The notes under the pieces were generated by a model. That model was not told the DNA's origin and did not search any database. It saw nothing but the letters and a program-made list of their open reading frames with translations. A stretch of 64,000 nucleotides of DNA from Chlamydiales bacterium (GTDB lineage Bacteria; Chlamydiota; Chlamydiia; Chlamydiales; JAAZZY01), in assembly GCA_965206695.1 (NCBI GenBank), contig CBDBKM010000003.1:116013-180012 (forward strand). Direction: 5' to 3'. Shown here piece by piece: positions 1 to 10,088 of the stretch. Position 1 is the first letter of the stretch, and each line of letters opens with the position of its first letter. The position numbers and the translations under genes were made by a program.

Positions 1-96
1 ATGAAAAATAAAGTTAGAGAGATATTACGAAAAGTTACGAATTTTAAATTCGCCATTGATCAAGCAATCTTATCAATATAAAATTAAATGACTATA
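1..96 (+). mobile_element. 3' end of a two-ORF IS630-family element, truncated by the window edge
   Basis: Nearly identical to 29142-29237 (MKNKVREILRKVTNFKFAIDQAILS, end AAATTAAATGACTATA). Inserted at a TA inside tnpB. Confidence 0.9.
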
Positions 97-384
97 AGTG
101 TAAATGGTACGGAAGAAATATAGTGGAATTAGATCAATTTTTTGCCGGTTCAAAACTATGCTCTGCCTGCCGGTACCAAATAGAAATTTTAGATTTAAGT
201 GTGAGAAGTTGGCAGTGTCCAAACTGCAAAGTAACACACGATAGAGATCTTAATGCATCTATTAATCTCGATACCGCAGGGCAGTCGGTAATTTAAGCCT
301 TTGGAGATCATGTTAGACTAGCTTGTTTGTTAGCAGTGGTCGATGAATTAGGAATCCCTTCCCTTTAGGGTTGGGAGCTGTCAA
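97..384 (+). mobile_element. tnpB: IS200/IS605 element: tnpB 3' remnant and right end (omega-RNA scaffold)
   Basis: Translates as KCKWYGR..SKLCSAC..WQCPNC..HDRDLNASIN (TnpB Zn finger and RuvC III). Right-end hairpin GAATCCCTTCCCTTTAGGGTTGGGAGCTG ends in TCAA (381-384). Confidence 0.9.
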
Positions 385-497
385 GATATTCGTCAAGTTA
401 AATAAGATACATAAGATTAATGGATTTTTTAAAAATAATAGAATCCTATAAAGTAATATTTTGTTTAGTCGATTATTTTTTAAAAAGAGGAGTTTAG

Positions 498-1835
498 ATG
501 CGTCCAAAGAGCATTAAAGAATTACGGACATTTTTAGGTATATCAAGTTTATCTGAAGCAATTATTCATGATTTTGCTATCGATAGTCGCCGGGTAAAAA
601 AGGGTGATCTTTTTTTCGCTCTGAAGGGAGAAAAAGTCGATGGTCATAAATTTTTAAAAATGGTGAAAGCAAAGGGAGGTGTTGCAGCTGTTATTCATCA
701 TTCTTATCAAGGACCTGATTTCGGTCTTATATTATTAAAGACAAATGATGTGTTGGAAACTCTACAAGTTTTTGCTAAAACAGTTCTGATTAATAGAAAA
801 ACAAAGGTTATCGCTATAACCGGATCATTAGGCAAGACAACGACGAAAGATTTTATCTATACATTGTTGAAAGAAAAATATCGTGTGGCTAAAACGCCCG
901 GTAATTACAACTCTCAAATTACGTTACCTTTAAGTATTTTAAAAAGTGCCGGGGACGAGGATTTTTTGATCCTTGAGTTAGGTATTAGCAAGCCTAATGA
1001 AATGGCTAAACTAATGGAAGTAGTTACGCCTTATATAGCTGTTATGACAAGGTTAGCTCATGTTCATATTGCGAATTTTTTAGATTTTAGGCATTTGGCA
1101 AATGAAAAAGGGCTTATATTTTCCAATAACAACACGATAACAGGTTTTATTAATAGAGATGCTCCATTTTTTGAAGAAATGTTGGCAATAGGTAGCTGCT
1201 CCAAAATAAGTTATTCAGTTGCAAATTCTACCGGCCCTTATTATTTAAAATCCATTTCTGAACATGAGATCGAAATTTACCGTTATAATTGTTTAAAACT
1301 TAAAAAAAAGATTTCTATTCCCGGTTTGCATAACCATCAAAATTTGTTAGCGGCTATTGCTGTAGCTATTGAACTCAAACTTGCTTTTTCAGAAATTGAT
1401 AGAGGGATTGATATGCTTGAGTTACCGGAAAGTCGTATGCAGTTTATCCGTAAGAAAGGGGCGGTATTTATTTTGGATGCTTATAATGCGAATGCGGATT
1501 CAATGATAGCAGCCTTAAATAGCATGCCTGACCCTAAGTTAAAAGGACGAAAAATAGCGATATTATCAGATATGGTTGAGCAAGGGAAGTATTTAGAAGA
1601 CAACCATTCTCTTGTTGCTCTGCATGCTCTTACTTGTGTTGATCATCTTTTCTTAATTGGTGAAGGTTGCAAGGTTATGAAAGATATATGGGTTCAAGCA
1701 GGCAGAAAAGTTGATTTTTTTGATGCATTTAATGATTTAAAAAAACGAATAAAACAAGTTATCCTCCCGGAAGATGTAATATTAATAAAAGGTTCTAGGC
1801 TTAAAGCATTAGAGCGTCTACTGGAAGTATTTTGA
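498..1835 (+). CDS. murF: UDP-N-acetylmuramoyl-tripeptide--D-Ala-D-Ala ligase
   Basis: IDSRRV, ITGSLGKTTTK, DAYNAN and IKGSR motifs; dcw context. Confidence 0.95.
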   Translation: MRPKSIKELRTFLGISSLSEAIIHDFAIDSRRVKKGDLFFALKGEKVDGHKFLKMVKAKGGVAAVIHHSYQGPDFGLILLKTNDVLETLQVFAKTVLINRKTKVIAITGSLGKTTTKDFIYTLLKEKYRVAKTPGNYNSQITLPLSILKSAGDEDFLILELGISKPNEMAKLMEVVTPYIAVMTRLAHVHIANFLDFRHLANEKGLIFSNNNTITGFINRDAPFFEEMLAIGSCSKISYSVANSTGPYYLKSISEHEIEIYRYNCLKLKKKISIPGLHNHQNLLAAIAVAIELKLAFSEIDRGIDMLELPESRMQFIRKKGAVFILDAYNANADSMIAALNSMPDPKLKGRKIAILSDMVEQGKYLEDNHSLVALHALTCVDHLFLIGEGCKVMKDIWVQAGRKVDFFDAFNDLKKRIKQVILPEDVILIKGSRLKALERLLEVF

Positions 1836-1836
1836 A

Positions 1837-2994
1837 ATGATTTTAATTATCCTGGATTTTTTACGCGAAGGGTTGGGTCTAAAAGTTCCCTTAGCATTTG
1901 AATATTATTCAACTCGAATGACTTTAGCTGCCTTAACATCTCTTTTATGCACCATATTATTTGGGCCAAGATTTATAAAAAAATTATACGAGTTTAAAAT
2001 AGGCCAGACTATCCGAATGGAAGAATGTCCTCTTTTAGGAAAACTACATGAGAAGAAAAAAGATACACCAACAATGGGTGGTCTTCTCATTCTTTTCTCG
2101 ATGTTGGTTTCTCTATTCTTATGGATGGACTGGTTCAGTCCATTTACGATTATTCTTTTGATCACGACAGTTTTTTTAGGTTTTTTAGGGGCATATGATG
2201 ATTTCTTAAAACTCAAACATCATAATACAAAAGGATTGTCGGGCAAAAAAAAAATGTTGGTACAGGTCATTTTTGCTCTGGGGATAGCTTTATATCTCCT
2301 CTATTCTCATCTCAATATAGAAATTAAATCCTTAGGTGTATCTCATTTGAGTATGATGAATTACATGTCTCGTTTGTATATTCCTTTTCTTAAAGAGCCC
2401 CTTTTCTTTTTTAAGGGCCCCTTTATCATTCTAATGATAGTATTTATTATTATTGTCATCTGCGGTTCTAGTAACGCAGTCAATTTAACAGATGGCTTAG
2501 ATGGTCTGGCTGCAGGCAATGCGGTTTTGGTAGCCGGTACTTTAGCTATTGTTGCATTTTTTTCGAACAATGTTGATCTGGCTCGTTATCTTAATATTCT
2601 ATATGTGGAAGGAAGCGGCGAGATAGCAATTTACCTTTGTGCTCTAGCAGGTGCTTGTTTAGGCTTTTTGTGGTACAACGGACATCCGGCACAGGTTTTT
2701 ATGGGAGATACCGGTTCTTTATCAATAGGTGGTATTATCGGTGTCAGTAGTGTGTTGATCAAACGTGAAGTCTTATTAGCTTTGATTGGCGGTATATTTG
2801 TGGCTGAAGCCCTTTCTGTTATTTTACAGGTGGGTAGTTACAAACTGCGTAATAAAAAAAGGATCTTCCTCTGCTCTCCTCTTCATCATCATTTTGAATA
2901 TAAAGGATGGCCTGAAACGAAGGTGGTATTACGTTTTTGGATTGTAGGTTTATTTTTAGCGGTAATTGGATTAGCTTCACTTAAATTACAATAA
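1837..2994 (+). CDS. mraY: phospho-N-acetylmuramoyl-pentapeptide transferase
   Basis: TPTMGG, NAVNLTDGLDGLA, FMGDTGS and PLHHHFE motifs. Confidence 0.97.
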   Translation: MILIILDFLREGLGLKVPLAFEYYSTRMTLAALTSLLCTILFGPRFIKKLYEFKIGQTIRMEECPLLGKLHEKKKDTPTMGGLLILFSMLVSLFLWMDWFSPFTIILLITTVFLGFLGAYDDFLKLKHHNTKGLSGKKKMLVQVIFALGIALYLLYSHLNIEIKSLGVSHLSMMNYMSRLYIPFLKEPLFFFKGPFIILMIVFIIIVICGSSNAVNLTDGLDGLAAGNAVLVAGTLAIVAFFSNNVDLARYLNILYVEGSGEIAIYLCALAGACLGFLWYNGHPAQVFMGDTGSLSIGGIIGVSSVLIKREVLLALIGGIFVAEALSVILQVGSYKLRNKKRIFLCSPLHHHFEYKGWPETKVVLRFWIVGLFLAVIGLASLKLQ

Positions 2995-4310
2995 TGAATA
3001 GCTATACAGATAAAAAGGTACTGGTAGTTGGTCTCGGATCAAGTGGGAGAGCTGCGATTTCTTTATTACTAAGCCAAAAAGCCAAAGTATTTGCCTATGA
3101 TGATAGGATCATTTCATTGGAACAGAAACTTCAGTTTGAAGATCCGTTCTTTAAAGGTCTTAATTGGCACAATATCGAGTCATCTATCTTACCGTATGAC
3201 ATGATTGTCATGTCTCCCGGTATTTCAAAAGTACATCCCATCTATAAACAAGCTTTAAAGATTCATAAAGAAGTGATTGGAGAGGTTGAACTAGCGGCTC
3301 AGATGATTGTTAATCCTTGCATCGGTATTACCGGAACAAATGGAAAAACAACCGTTACGAGTCTAGTCGCTCACATTCTAAATCAATCTAATAGAAAGGC
3401 TTTGGCAGTAGGAAACATAGGTGTGCCTCTTTGTGATTTGGTTCAAGAACCCTCAGATACGATTTTTATTATTGAATTGAGTTCGTATCAGTTAGAAACA
3501 TTAAAAACACCTTTTTTAGATCATGCGATGATTTTAAATATAACTCTCGATCACCTTGATCGTTATCCTTCTTTTGAAGCTTATGTTGAGGCAAAATGTA
3601 ATATTTATAAAGGTTTAAAATCTAAAGGAAGCTTATATCTGGATGAGGATTTTTTTGATGGTTATGCCCATAGCATTCCTTATCCTTATTTGAAAAGATT
3701 TGGATATCAAAAGGATTTGATACAGTTAGATATTTTAAATTGCAATAAAGAAAAAGTTGAATACATTTTACCTGTAAGTTATAGAAATAAAAATATGATT
3801 GAAAAAGATAATATTTTATCTGCTTTTGTAATATGTTTTGAATTGGGATTGACAGAAGAAGAATGTGTGCAAGGCTTAAAGAGTTTTAAACGACCGGCGC
3901 ATCGTCTTGAATGGGTTAGGGAATTGAATGGGGTTCATTACTATAACGATAGTAAGGGGACCAATATTGCGAGTGTTTCTAAAGCTGTGCAAGCTTTTGA
4001 TAACCCGACTATTTTAATCGCAGGGGGTGTTGATAAGGGATTAGATTTTTTACCATGGGGTAGTTATTTTAGAGATAAAGTTAAATATTTATGCGTCATT
4101 GGTGAAGCCGGTGATAGAATAAAAAATGAACTTTCGCCTTATGTAAAAGGAAAAAAATTTGATACACTAGCTTCGGCTTTGCACTTTGCTAAAGAAACTG
4201 CTATAACCGGAGATGTGATATTGTTATCTCCCGGTTGTTCTAGTTTTGATATGTTTAAAAATTATGAACACAGAGGAGAAGTGTTTAAACGGTTAGTGGA
4301 GTCATTATAA
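2994..4310 (+). CDS. murD: UDP-N-acetylmuramoyl-L-alanine--D-glutamate ligase
   Basis: GITGTNGKTT, ELSSYQL, DHLDRY, NDSKGTN and LSPGCSSFD motifs. Confidence 0.96.
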   Translation: MNSYTDKKVLVVGLGSSGRAAISLLLSQKAKVFAYDDRIISLEQKLQFEDPFFKGLNWHNIESSILPYDMIVMSPGISKVHPIYKQALKIHKEVIGEVELAAQMIVNPCIGITGTNGKTTVTSLVAHILNQSNRKALAVGNIGVPLCDLVQEPSDTIFIIELSSYQLETLKTPFLDHAMILNITLDHLDRYPSFEAYVEAKCNIYKGLKSKGSLYLDEDFFDGYAHSIPYPYLKRFGYQKDLIQLDILNCNKEKVEYILPVSYRNKNMIEKDNILSAFVICFELGLTEEECVQGLKSFKRPAHRLEWVRELNGVHYYNDSKGTNIASVSKAVQAFDNPTILIAGGVDKGLDFLPWGSYFRDKVKYLCVIGEAGDRIKNELSPYVKGKKFDTLASALHFAKETAITGDVILLSPGCSSFDMFKNYEHRGEVFKRLVESL

Positions 4311-4361
4311 AGAAGTAAAATGAGAGATATTATTTCTTTTCAGTCAAAAGGGGTGTTTTAA

Positions 4362-5045
4362 ATGAGTCGCAGGGATACAATTTTAATTGCAGTACTAGTC
4401 AATGCAGGGTTATTGATTATTTTATTCGCTACAGCAATCAATACCAATGATAAAAAAAATGTCATTAAAGTTGAGAAAGTAGCGCCAAAAACGGAAGTGA
4501 AGAGAACGATAACTGCCGCTAGTCAAGAACAGGCAAAGCCTTATTATAGGCCACAACTAAGTGCGCCTATCAAAGAAACACCAACTTTTACATACAAACC
4601 ACCGGCTAAAGTGGAAGCGCCTGTACCTAGACCTATCGCTGTAAAACATGAAGCCAAGCCGGTTGTTAGATATGAAACACCGGTTGAATCCAAGAAGCTT
4701 AATTTCGTGGAAGTGACAGTAAAAAGTGGGGATACTCTCGATCGTTTAGCCCGAATAAACGGAACATCTGTCAAAAGAATCATGACTGTGAATAATTTAT
4801 CGATTACACGTCTGCAAGTTGGTCAGGTTCTTCGTATCCCGTTTGAAGCTGATGGAGATTCTGAGAATCGCAATGAGGAACGTAGTAAGTTATTTAAAAA
4901 ATATTATACTGTAAAAAGCGGGGATACCTTATGGGATATTGCTGTTTCTAATAATATGAGTCTTGATAAATTATATGAACTCAATCATCTTAATCATGAT
5001 AGTGCACGTAAGTTACAGCCCGGGGATTCTTTAAGAATCCAATAA
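4362..5045 (+). CDS. LysM peptidoglycan-binding protein (chlamydial NlpD-like)
   Basis: N-terminal hydrophobic anchor; two LysM repeats (VKSGDTL); conserved position in chlamydial dcw clusters. Confidence 0.85.
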   Translation: MSRRDTILIAVLVNAGLLIILFATAINTNDKKNVIKVEKVAPKTEVKRTITAASQEQAKPYYRPQLSAPIKETPTFTYKPPAKVEAPVPRPIAVKHEAKPVVRYETPVESKKLNFVEVTVKSGDTLDRLARINGTSVKRIMTVNNLSITRLQVGQVLRIPFEADGDSENRNEERSKLFKKYYTVKSGDTLWDIAVSNNMSLDKLYELNHLNHDSARKLQPGDSLRIQ

Positions 5046-5088
5046 AGTGATTTTATACTATTTAAAGAGCATTTGAACATCCTATTCC

Positions 5089-6411
5089 ATGCAACGATTA
5101 GTTTTTTTTAAACGAAGGTCTTTTAACTATTCTTCGATTCAACTGCATTGTGCCGCATTGATTATTAGTATCGCTTTAATTTTCGTTTTAGGTCTTACCA
5201 TGGTATTTAATACCTCTTCTGCAGAGGTATTGGATTATGATATCAGTGGAGATACGCACCAAGCTCTTTTGAAACAAGGGCTTTATGCTTTTTTAGGTCT
5301 TTTAATTAGCTTGATTCTTTGGTTTATAGGATATCAAGAGATATTGAAACTAAGCTTTCCTATTTTAATTGCTTTAACTTTTTGTCTTATATTGGTTTTT
5401 CTACCGGGGATTGGTTCAGAGGTTAATGGGGCGCATCGATGGATTTTCTTGGGCAAATATTCTATCCAGCCTTCAGAATTTGTCAAATTTTCACTTCCGT
5501 TATTCTATATTTATTCCGTTATTCTAGGAGGAGTAAAGCCCAAATCTTTTTTTAAAATTTTAGGGTGTATCATTGTTCCTTTATTTCTTATTCTTATCGA
5601 ACCGGCTAATGGTACGACAGCGATTATTATAATGACCTTGATCATGTTATTTATTTTAACAAAAGTGGATTTCAAATTATGGCTTTTCCCTATTATCATC
5701 ATCCTTATGTTAGGAGGAATTGCCGCGTATAATATGCCTCATGTTTCTGCAAGGTTAACATCTTTTGCCAATCCCGAAATGGATATTAGAGGGAAAGGGC
5801 ATCAGCCCTTTCAAGCTAAAATCGCAGCGGGCTCCGGAGGTCTTACGGGAAAAGGTCTGGGGCAAAGTATGCAAAAGCTTCATTACCTTCCTGAAGCTCA
5901 AAATGATTATATCGCAGCTATTTTTGCAGAAGAATTTGGATTCATCGGTATTTTTTTTTTAATTGTCCTGTATATGATTATGATCTATGCAGGATTTTAT
6001 ATAGCAATTCATGCTAGGACTACTCAAGGATATTATATGGCAAGTACTATAGTTTTTTTAATTGGGATTCAGGCTTTTTTAAATTTGGCTGTTGTTTCCG
6101 GCCTTTTACCCAGTACAGGTTTAAACCTTCCCTTTTTTTCACAAGGAGGATCTTCTCTTATAGCAAACTTTATGGGATTGACACTATTGATTAACATTGC
6201 TCAAGATACAAAAGACTTTGACAGCTCCCAACTCTCAAGGGAAGGGATTCCTCATTCAACAACCACTGTCCGGGGAACAAAGCCGGGTTTTCGCAATACA
6301 AATTCCCAAAGGGGAACTTTCACGGTCTTTAATCAACCCATGCTCCCCGGGTCTGACATGATCTCCAAAGGCTTAACTTACCGACTGCCCCACGGTAGAT
6401 CTAAAAGATAG
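5089..6411 (+). CDS. ftsW: SEDS peptidoglycan polymerase FtsW; last ~64 aa derive from an inserted element
   Basis: GAHRWI, IQPSEF, LPEAQND and LPFFSQGGSSL motifs; located upstream of murG. Confidence 0.93.
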   Translation: MQRLVFFKRRSFNYSSIQLHCAALIISIALIFVLGLTMVFNTSSAEVLDYDISGDTHQALLKQGLYAFLGLLISLILWFIGYQEILKLSFPILIALTFCLILVFLPGIGSEVNGAHRWIFLGKYSIQPSEFVKFSLPLFYIYSVILGGVKPKSFFKILGCIIVPLFLILIEPANGTTAIIIMTLIMLFILTKVDFKLWLFPIIIILMLGGIAAYNMPHVSARLTSFANPEMDIRGKGHQPFQAKIAAGSGGLTGKGLGQSMQKLHYLPEAQNDYIAAIFAEEFGFIGIFFLIVLYMIMIYAGFYIAIHARTTQGYYMASTIVFLIGIQAFLNLAVVSGLLPSTGLNLPFFSQGGSSLIANFMGLTLLINIAQDTKDFDSSQLSREGIPHSTTTVRGTKPGFRNTNSQRGTFTVFNQPMLPGSDMISKGLTYRLPHGRSKR

Positions 6412-6515
6412 GGATAGTATACAAGATATGAGAATTAACAAGAATACGAAATAACGCTTTAATCGAGACGCTCTCATCCCAATGCTAAAGCAAAGGGTTG
6501 TTTCGCTTAACTGTC
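6218..6515 (-). mobile_element. 298-bp non-autonomous IS200/IS605 derivative (left end plus omega-RNA right end, no tnpA/tnpB)
   Basis: Minus strand starts after TTTAT with the left-end hairpin shared with 44701 and 48666, and ends GGGAGCTGTCAA. No TSD. Removing it restores ftsW ...KDYKRKTVR* overlapping the murG ATG. Confidence 0.92.
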
Positions 6516-6534
6516 ATAAAAGAAAAACAGTACG

Positions 6535-7647
6535 ATGATTGGTAAAAGAATATTAATAACAACAGGAGGCACAGGTGGTCATATTTTCCCGGCTCACGCC
6601 CTTGCTGTCAGTATTAAAAAAAAATGTCCTGAATGCTCTATTCTTTTTGTCGGGGGCAAATTAGCTTCCAATCCCTTTTTCAATAAGAGGGGTTTTTCTG
6701 TTAAGGAAATTTCTTGCGCTACCTTATCCCTTTCTCGGCCACTACAGTTATTGAAAGGCATATTTCATATTATTAAAGGTTTTTTTCAATCTAGGGGAAT
6801 TATCAAATCATTCAAACCTGATTTTATCATTGGCTTTGGCAGTTTTTATACTTTTCCGCTTCTTTTGTGTGCTGTTTTTAGAAAAATTCCTTTTGTATTG
6901 CATGAACAAAATGTTTTGCCGGGTCAAGTTAATTGCCTATTTTCCCGTTATTCAGAACTGACAACTGTTAACTTCTCTCTTTCACGATCCTATTTTATTA
7001 CGAAGGTTAAACCGGTTCAAATGCCTCTTAGAGACTCATTTAGAAATCTTGAACTAACAAAACCAATGGCAAAAAAACAATTAGGATTAGATATTAATTA
7101 TCCTACCTTACTGGTTTTTGGAGGTTCGCAAGGAGCTGTTTCTATTAATCGTTGTTTTTTAAAAGCGATTAAAAAAATCGTAGCATCTTTTCAACACTTT
7201 CAAGTTATCCATCTCATTGGCCGGGTAGAGGACTTGTCTATTGTGCAACAATTATATCAAGAGCTACCTATTAAATCCTATATCTCTAGATTTGAAGAAG
7301 ATATGGCGTCGATCTTTTTAGCCTCGGATTTAACAATCGCTAGAGCCGGAGCTCTTAGTATCGAAGAGCACATTGCAATAGGAGTTCCTGCTATACTGAT
7401 TCCGTATCCCTATTCTAAGGATAACCATCAAGAATATAATGCGGATTTTTATATTAAAAATGCCAAAGGCGCAGTCAAAATTCTTCAAAAGGATTTAACT
7501 GAAGAAATGCTCTCAAAACTTGTGTTAGACTTATTAATGCGTTATCCTGATAAGTTAAATGAAATGAGACAAGGCATTTTAGCCTATAAAAAGCATGAAA
7601 ATAAGCAAGAACTTGTAGATCTGGTATTGGATTTAATCGGAGTATAA
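6535..7647 (+). CDS. murG: lipid I N-acetylglucosamine transferase
   Basis: GGTGGHIFP, HEQN, GGSQGA and HQEYNA motifs. Confidence 0.97.
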   Translation: MIGKRILITTGGTGGHIFPAHALAVSIKKKCPECSILFVGGKLASNPFFNKRGFSVKEISCATLSLSRPLQLLKGIFHIIKGFFQSRGIIKSFKPDFIIGFGSFYTFPLLLCAVFRKIPFVLHEQNVLPGQVNCLFSRYSELTTVNFSLSRSYFITKVKPVQMPLRDSFRNLELTKPMAKKQLGLDINYPTLLVFGGSQGAVSINRCFLKAIKKIVASFQHFQVIHLIGRVEDLSIVQQLYQELPIKSYISRFEEDMASIFLASDLTIARAGALSIEEHIAIGVPAILIPYPYSKDNHQEYNADFYIKNAKGAVKILQKDLTEEMLSKLVLDLLMRYPDKLNEMRQGILAYKKHENKQELVDLVLDLIGV

Positions 7648-7649
7648 AT

Positions 7650-10088
7650 ATGAAAAAGAAATATCATATGATCGGTATTGGTGGTATTGGGATGAGCGGA
7701 CTTGCGCGAATTGCTTTAAAACAAGGCCATGAGGTATCGGGAAGTGATATAGCAAAGAAAGACAATCTTAATGTTCTAATAGATCAGGGAGCTTTGATAT
7801 CTAACGAACAGGTTAAAGAGAATATCAATCAAGAAATGAGCATTGTCTATTCAAGTGCTGTAAAAGAAGATAACCCTGAATATCAGCAAGCTAAAAAATT
7901 AGGATGCGAATTACTTCATCGTTCTGATTTACTTGATTTATTTACTCGGAATAAGAAAACCCTCACGGTTACCGGCACTCATGGGAAAACCACAACGAGC
8001 GCTCTTCTAGCATCTGTTTTTCTAGATGCCGGATATGATCCGGGTTATGCTGTGGGGGGTATTTTAAAAAATGAGGATAATAATGGTTCAATAGCTACAA
8101 GCGATTATTTTATTATAGAAGCTGATGAAAGCGATGGTACACATGTCAAATATCGCTCTTTTGCAGCGATCATGACGAATTTGGAAGCGGAGCATCTAGA
8201 TCACTACGGTGCCTTAGAAGCGTTAGAACAAAGCTTTCACCAATTCATTAATAATATTGAATCAGAAGATCATTTTTTTTGGTGTGGCGACTGCAAAGGT
8301 TTGCGATCTTTAGATTTAAAGAAAGGTATCAACTATGGCATGGATACACACAATGAGCTGATGGCAACAAACTTTAAACAAATAGGATGGAAAAGTTATT
8401 TTGACGCACGTTTTGAAGGCAAAATTTATAAACAAATTGAAGTGTCGTTAGTAGGGAAGCATAATGTTTTGAATGCACTTGCTGTGTTTGGTCTTTCTTT
8501 AAAATTAGGTTTAGACGAGAGCGATATTCGCAAAGGACTTGCATCCTTTAAAGGCGTATTAAGGCGTTTGGATATAGTCGATGAGGTTAATAGTATTTTA
8601 ATCATAGATGATTATGCTCATCACCCTACTGAAATTGAAGTGATGTTACATTCTTTAAAAGATGCCGTTGGTGAGAGAAGGTTAGTGGCTGTCTATCAGC
8701 CTCATCGATATACAAGAACTCAAAATTGTATAGATTTATTTAAAAATGTATTTGATTATGCTGACGAGCTGATTGTTACCGATATATATTCTGCAGGAGA
8801 GAGGCCTAACGGCGTCACTCATCAGGATATTTTAGATAGGTTAAATGAAAGTTCTTCTCTATCGAACCGTCATGTTCCACGAAATATTCTTTTAGATTTT
8901 TTAGGTGATTTTCTTCGTCCCCACGATGTTGTTGTGACAATTGGAGCAGGAGATATCACAACGGTAAGTAGAAACTTATCTATGGATTTGAAAAAAAAAA
9001 GTTCTAAAATACGAATAGGCCTCATTGCCGGTGGTCGCTCTCAAGAACATGAAGTGAGCCTATCGACTGTTAATTTTTTTTCCGGTGGGCTTGACCCTAA
9101 TCTCTATGAGGTAACAAAATTCGGTATTACCCACCTGGGGATGTGGGTTATGGGTGACAATATTTTTGATGCTAATAAAATAGTCTCTGATCAAAAAAAA
9201 TCCAATCTTTGTCCTGAAATATGGCAGGCACTAGAAGCCTGCGATTGTTTTATTCCCGTATTGCACGGGCCTTATGGTGAAGATGGAATGCTTCAAGGTT
9301 TTTTAGAAACCTTAGGAAAGGCTTTTGTAGCGTGTAATCGCAATGCTTCTGCTCTTGCCATGAACAAAGCATGGACTAAAAAAATTCTTCAGCATCATGG
9401 GATATTAACGACAAAGTTTTTAGATTTTTCCGAATTTCAATGGCAGGAAGAGAAGGAGAGGGTATTATCTAAGATTAAAAATACTTTATCATTACCTCTT
9501 TATGTCAAACCCGTTCATCTAGGATCTAGTATCGGAGTTACTAAGGTGAGCCATGCAGAAGAGCTTTCATCTGTTATAAAACAAGTCTTACAATTAGATA
9601 CGCATTTTATGGTTGAAGAGGAAGTGATAGCCAGAGAAATAGAAGTCTCTATCGTAGGCGATCAAATTCTTGATATTGCCAACCCGGGAGAAGTTGGGAT
9701 AGACTCTTGCTCGTATTCTTATGAAGCTAAATATGGCTTAAGCCCTATCAAAAAGAAAGTACAAGCAGACCTAAGTGAAGATGTAGTGATTAAAGTAAAA
9801 GATTTCGCCAAGAAGGTATACCGTATAACAGATTGTTCGGTATTAGCAAGAGTTGACCTTTTTATCGATTCAAAAAATAGAATCTTTTTAAATGAGATTA
9901 ATCCTATGCCCGGCTGTGGCCCGAACAGTTTATATCATCGTATGTTATTACAATCAGGTTTTACTCCTTATTCCTTATTGAATCGATTAGTTATCGCAGG
10001 CTTAGCTCATTTTAGAAGATTAGAAAGAAAAAATCACCGGAGTTTAAAAAAAATAGGGAAAGAGGTAGTACCTCATGCATTTAAATAA
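7650..10088 (+). CDS. murC/ddl: fused UDP-MurNAc--L-alanine ligase / D-Ala--D-Ala ligase
   Basis: GIGGIGMSG, GTHGKTTT and DDYAHHP, followed by GGRSQEHEVS, LHGPYGEDG, GSSIGV and NEINPMPG. The fusion is typical of chlamydiae. Confidence 0.96.
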   Translation: MKKKYHMIGIGGIGMSGLARIALKQGHEVSGSDIAKKDNLNVLIDQGALISNEQVKENINQEMSIVYSSAVKEDNPEYQQAKKLGCELLHRSDLLDLFTRNKKTLTVTGTHGKTTTSALLASVFLDAGYDPGYAVGGILKNEDNNGSIATSDYFIIEADESDGTHVKYRSFAAIMTNLEAEHLDHYGALEALEQSFHQFINNIESEDHFFWCGDCKGLRSLDLKKGINYGMDTHNELMATNFKQIGWKSYFDARFEGKIYKQIEVSLVGKHNVLNALAVFGLSLKLGLDESDIRKGLASFKGVLRRLDIVDEVNSILIIDDYAHHPTEIEVMLHSLKDAVGERRLVAVYQPHRYTRTQNCIDLFKNVFDYADELIVTDIYSAGERPNGVTHQDILDRLNESSSLSNRHVPRNILLDFLGDFLRPHDVVVTIGAGDITTVSRNLSMDLKKKSSKIRIGLIAGGRSQEHEVSLSTVNFFSGGLDPNLYEVTKFGITHLGMWVMGDNIFDANKIVSDQKKSNLCPEIWQALEACDCFIPVLHGPYGEDGMLQGFLETLGKAFVACNRNASALAMNKAWTKKILQHHGILTTKFLDFSEFQWQEEKERVLSKIKNTLSLPLYVKPVHLGSSIGVTKVSHAEELSSVIKQVLQLDTHFMVEEEVIAREIEVSIVGDQILDIANPGEVGIDSCSYSYEAKYGLSPIKKKVQADLSEDVVIKVKDFAKKVYRITDCSVLARVDLFIDSKNRIFLNEINPMPGCGPNSLYHRMLLQSGFTPYSLLNRLVIAGLAHFRRLERKNHRSLKKIGKEVVPHAFK

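Noticed and set aside
6218..6515. IStron or self-splicing intron in ftsW
   Set aside because: The element is antisense to ftsW, is only 298 bp, and shows no group I or group II core that I can identify.
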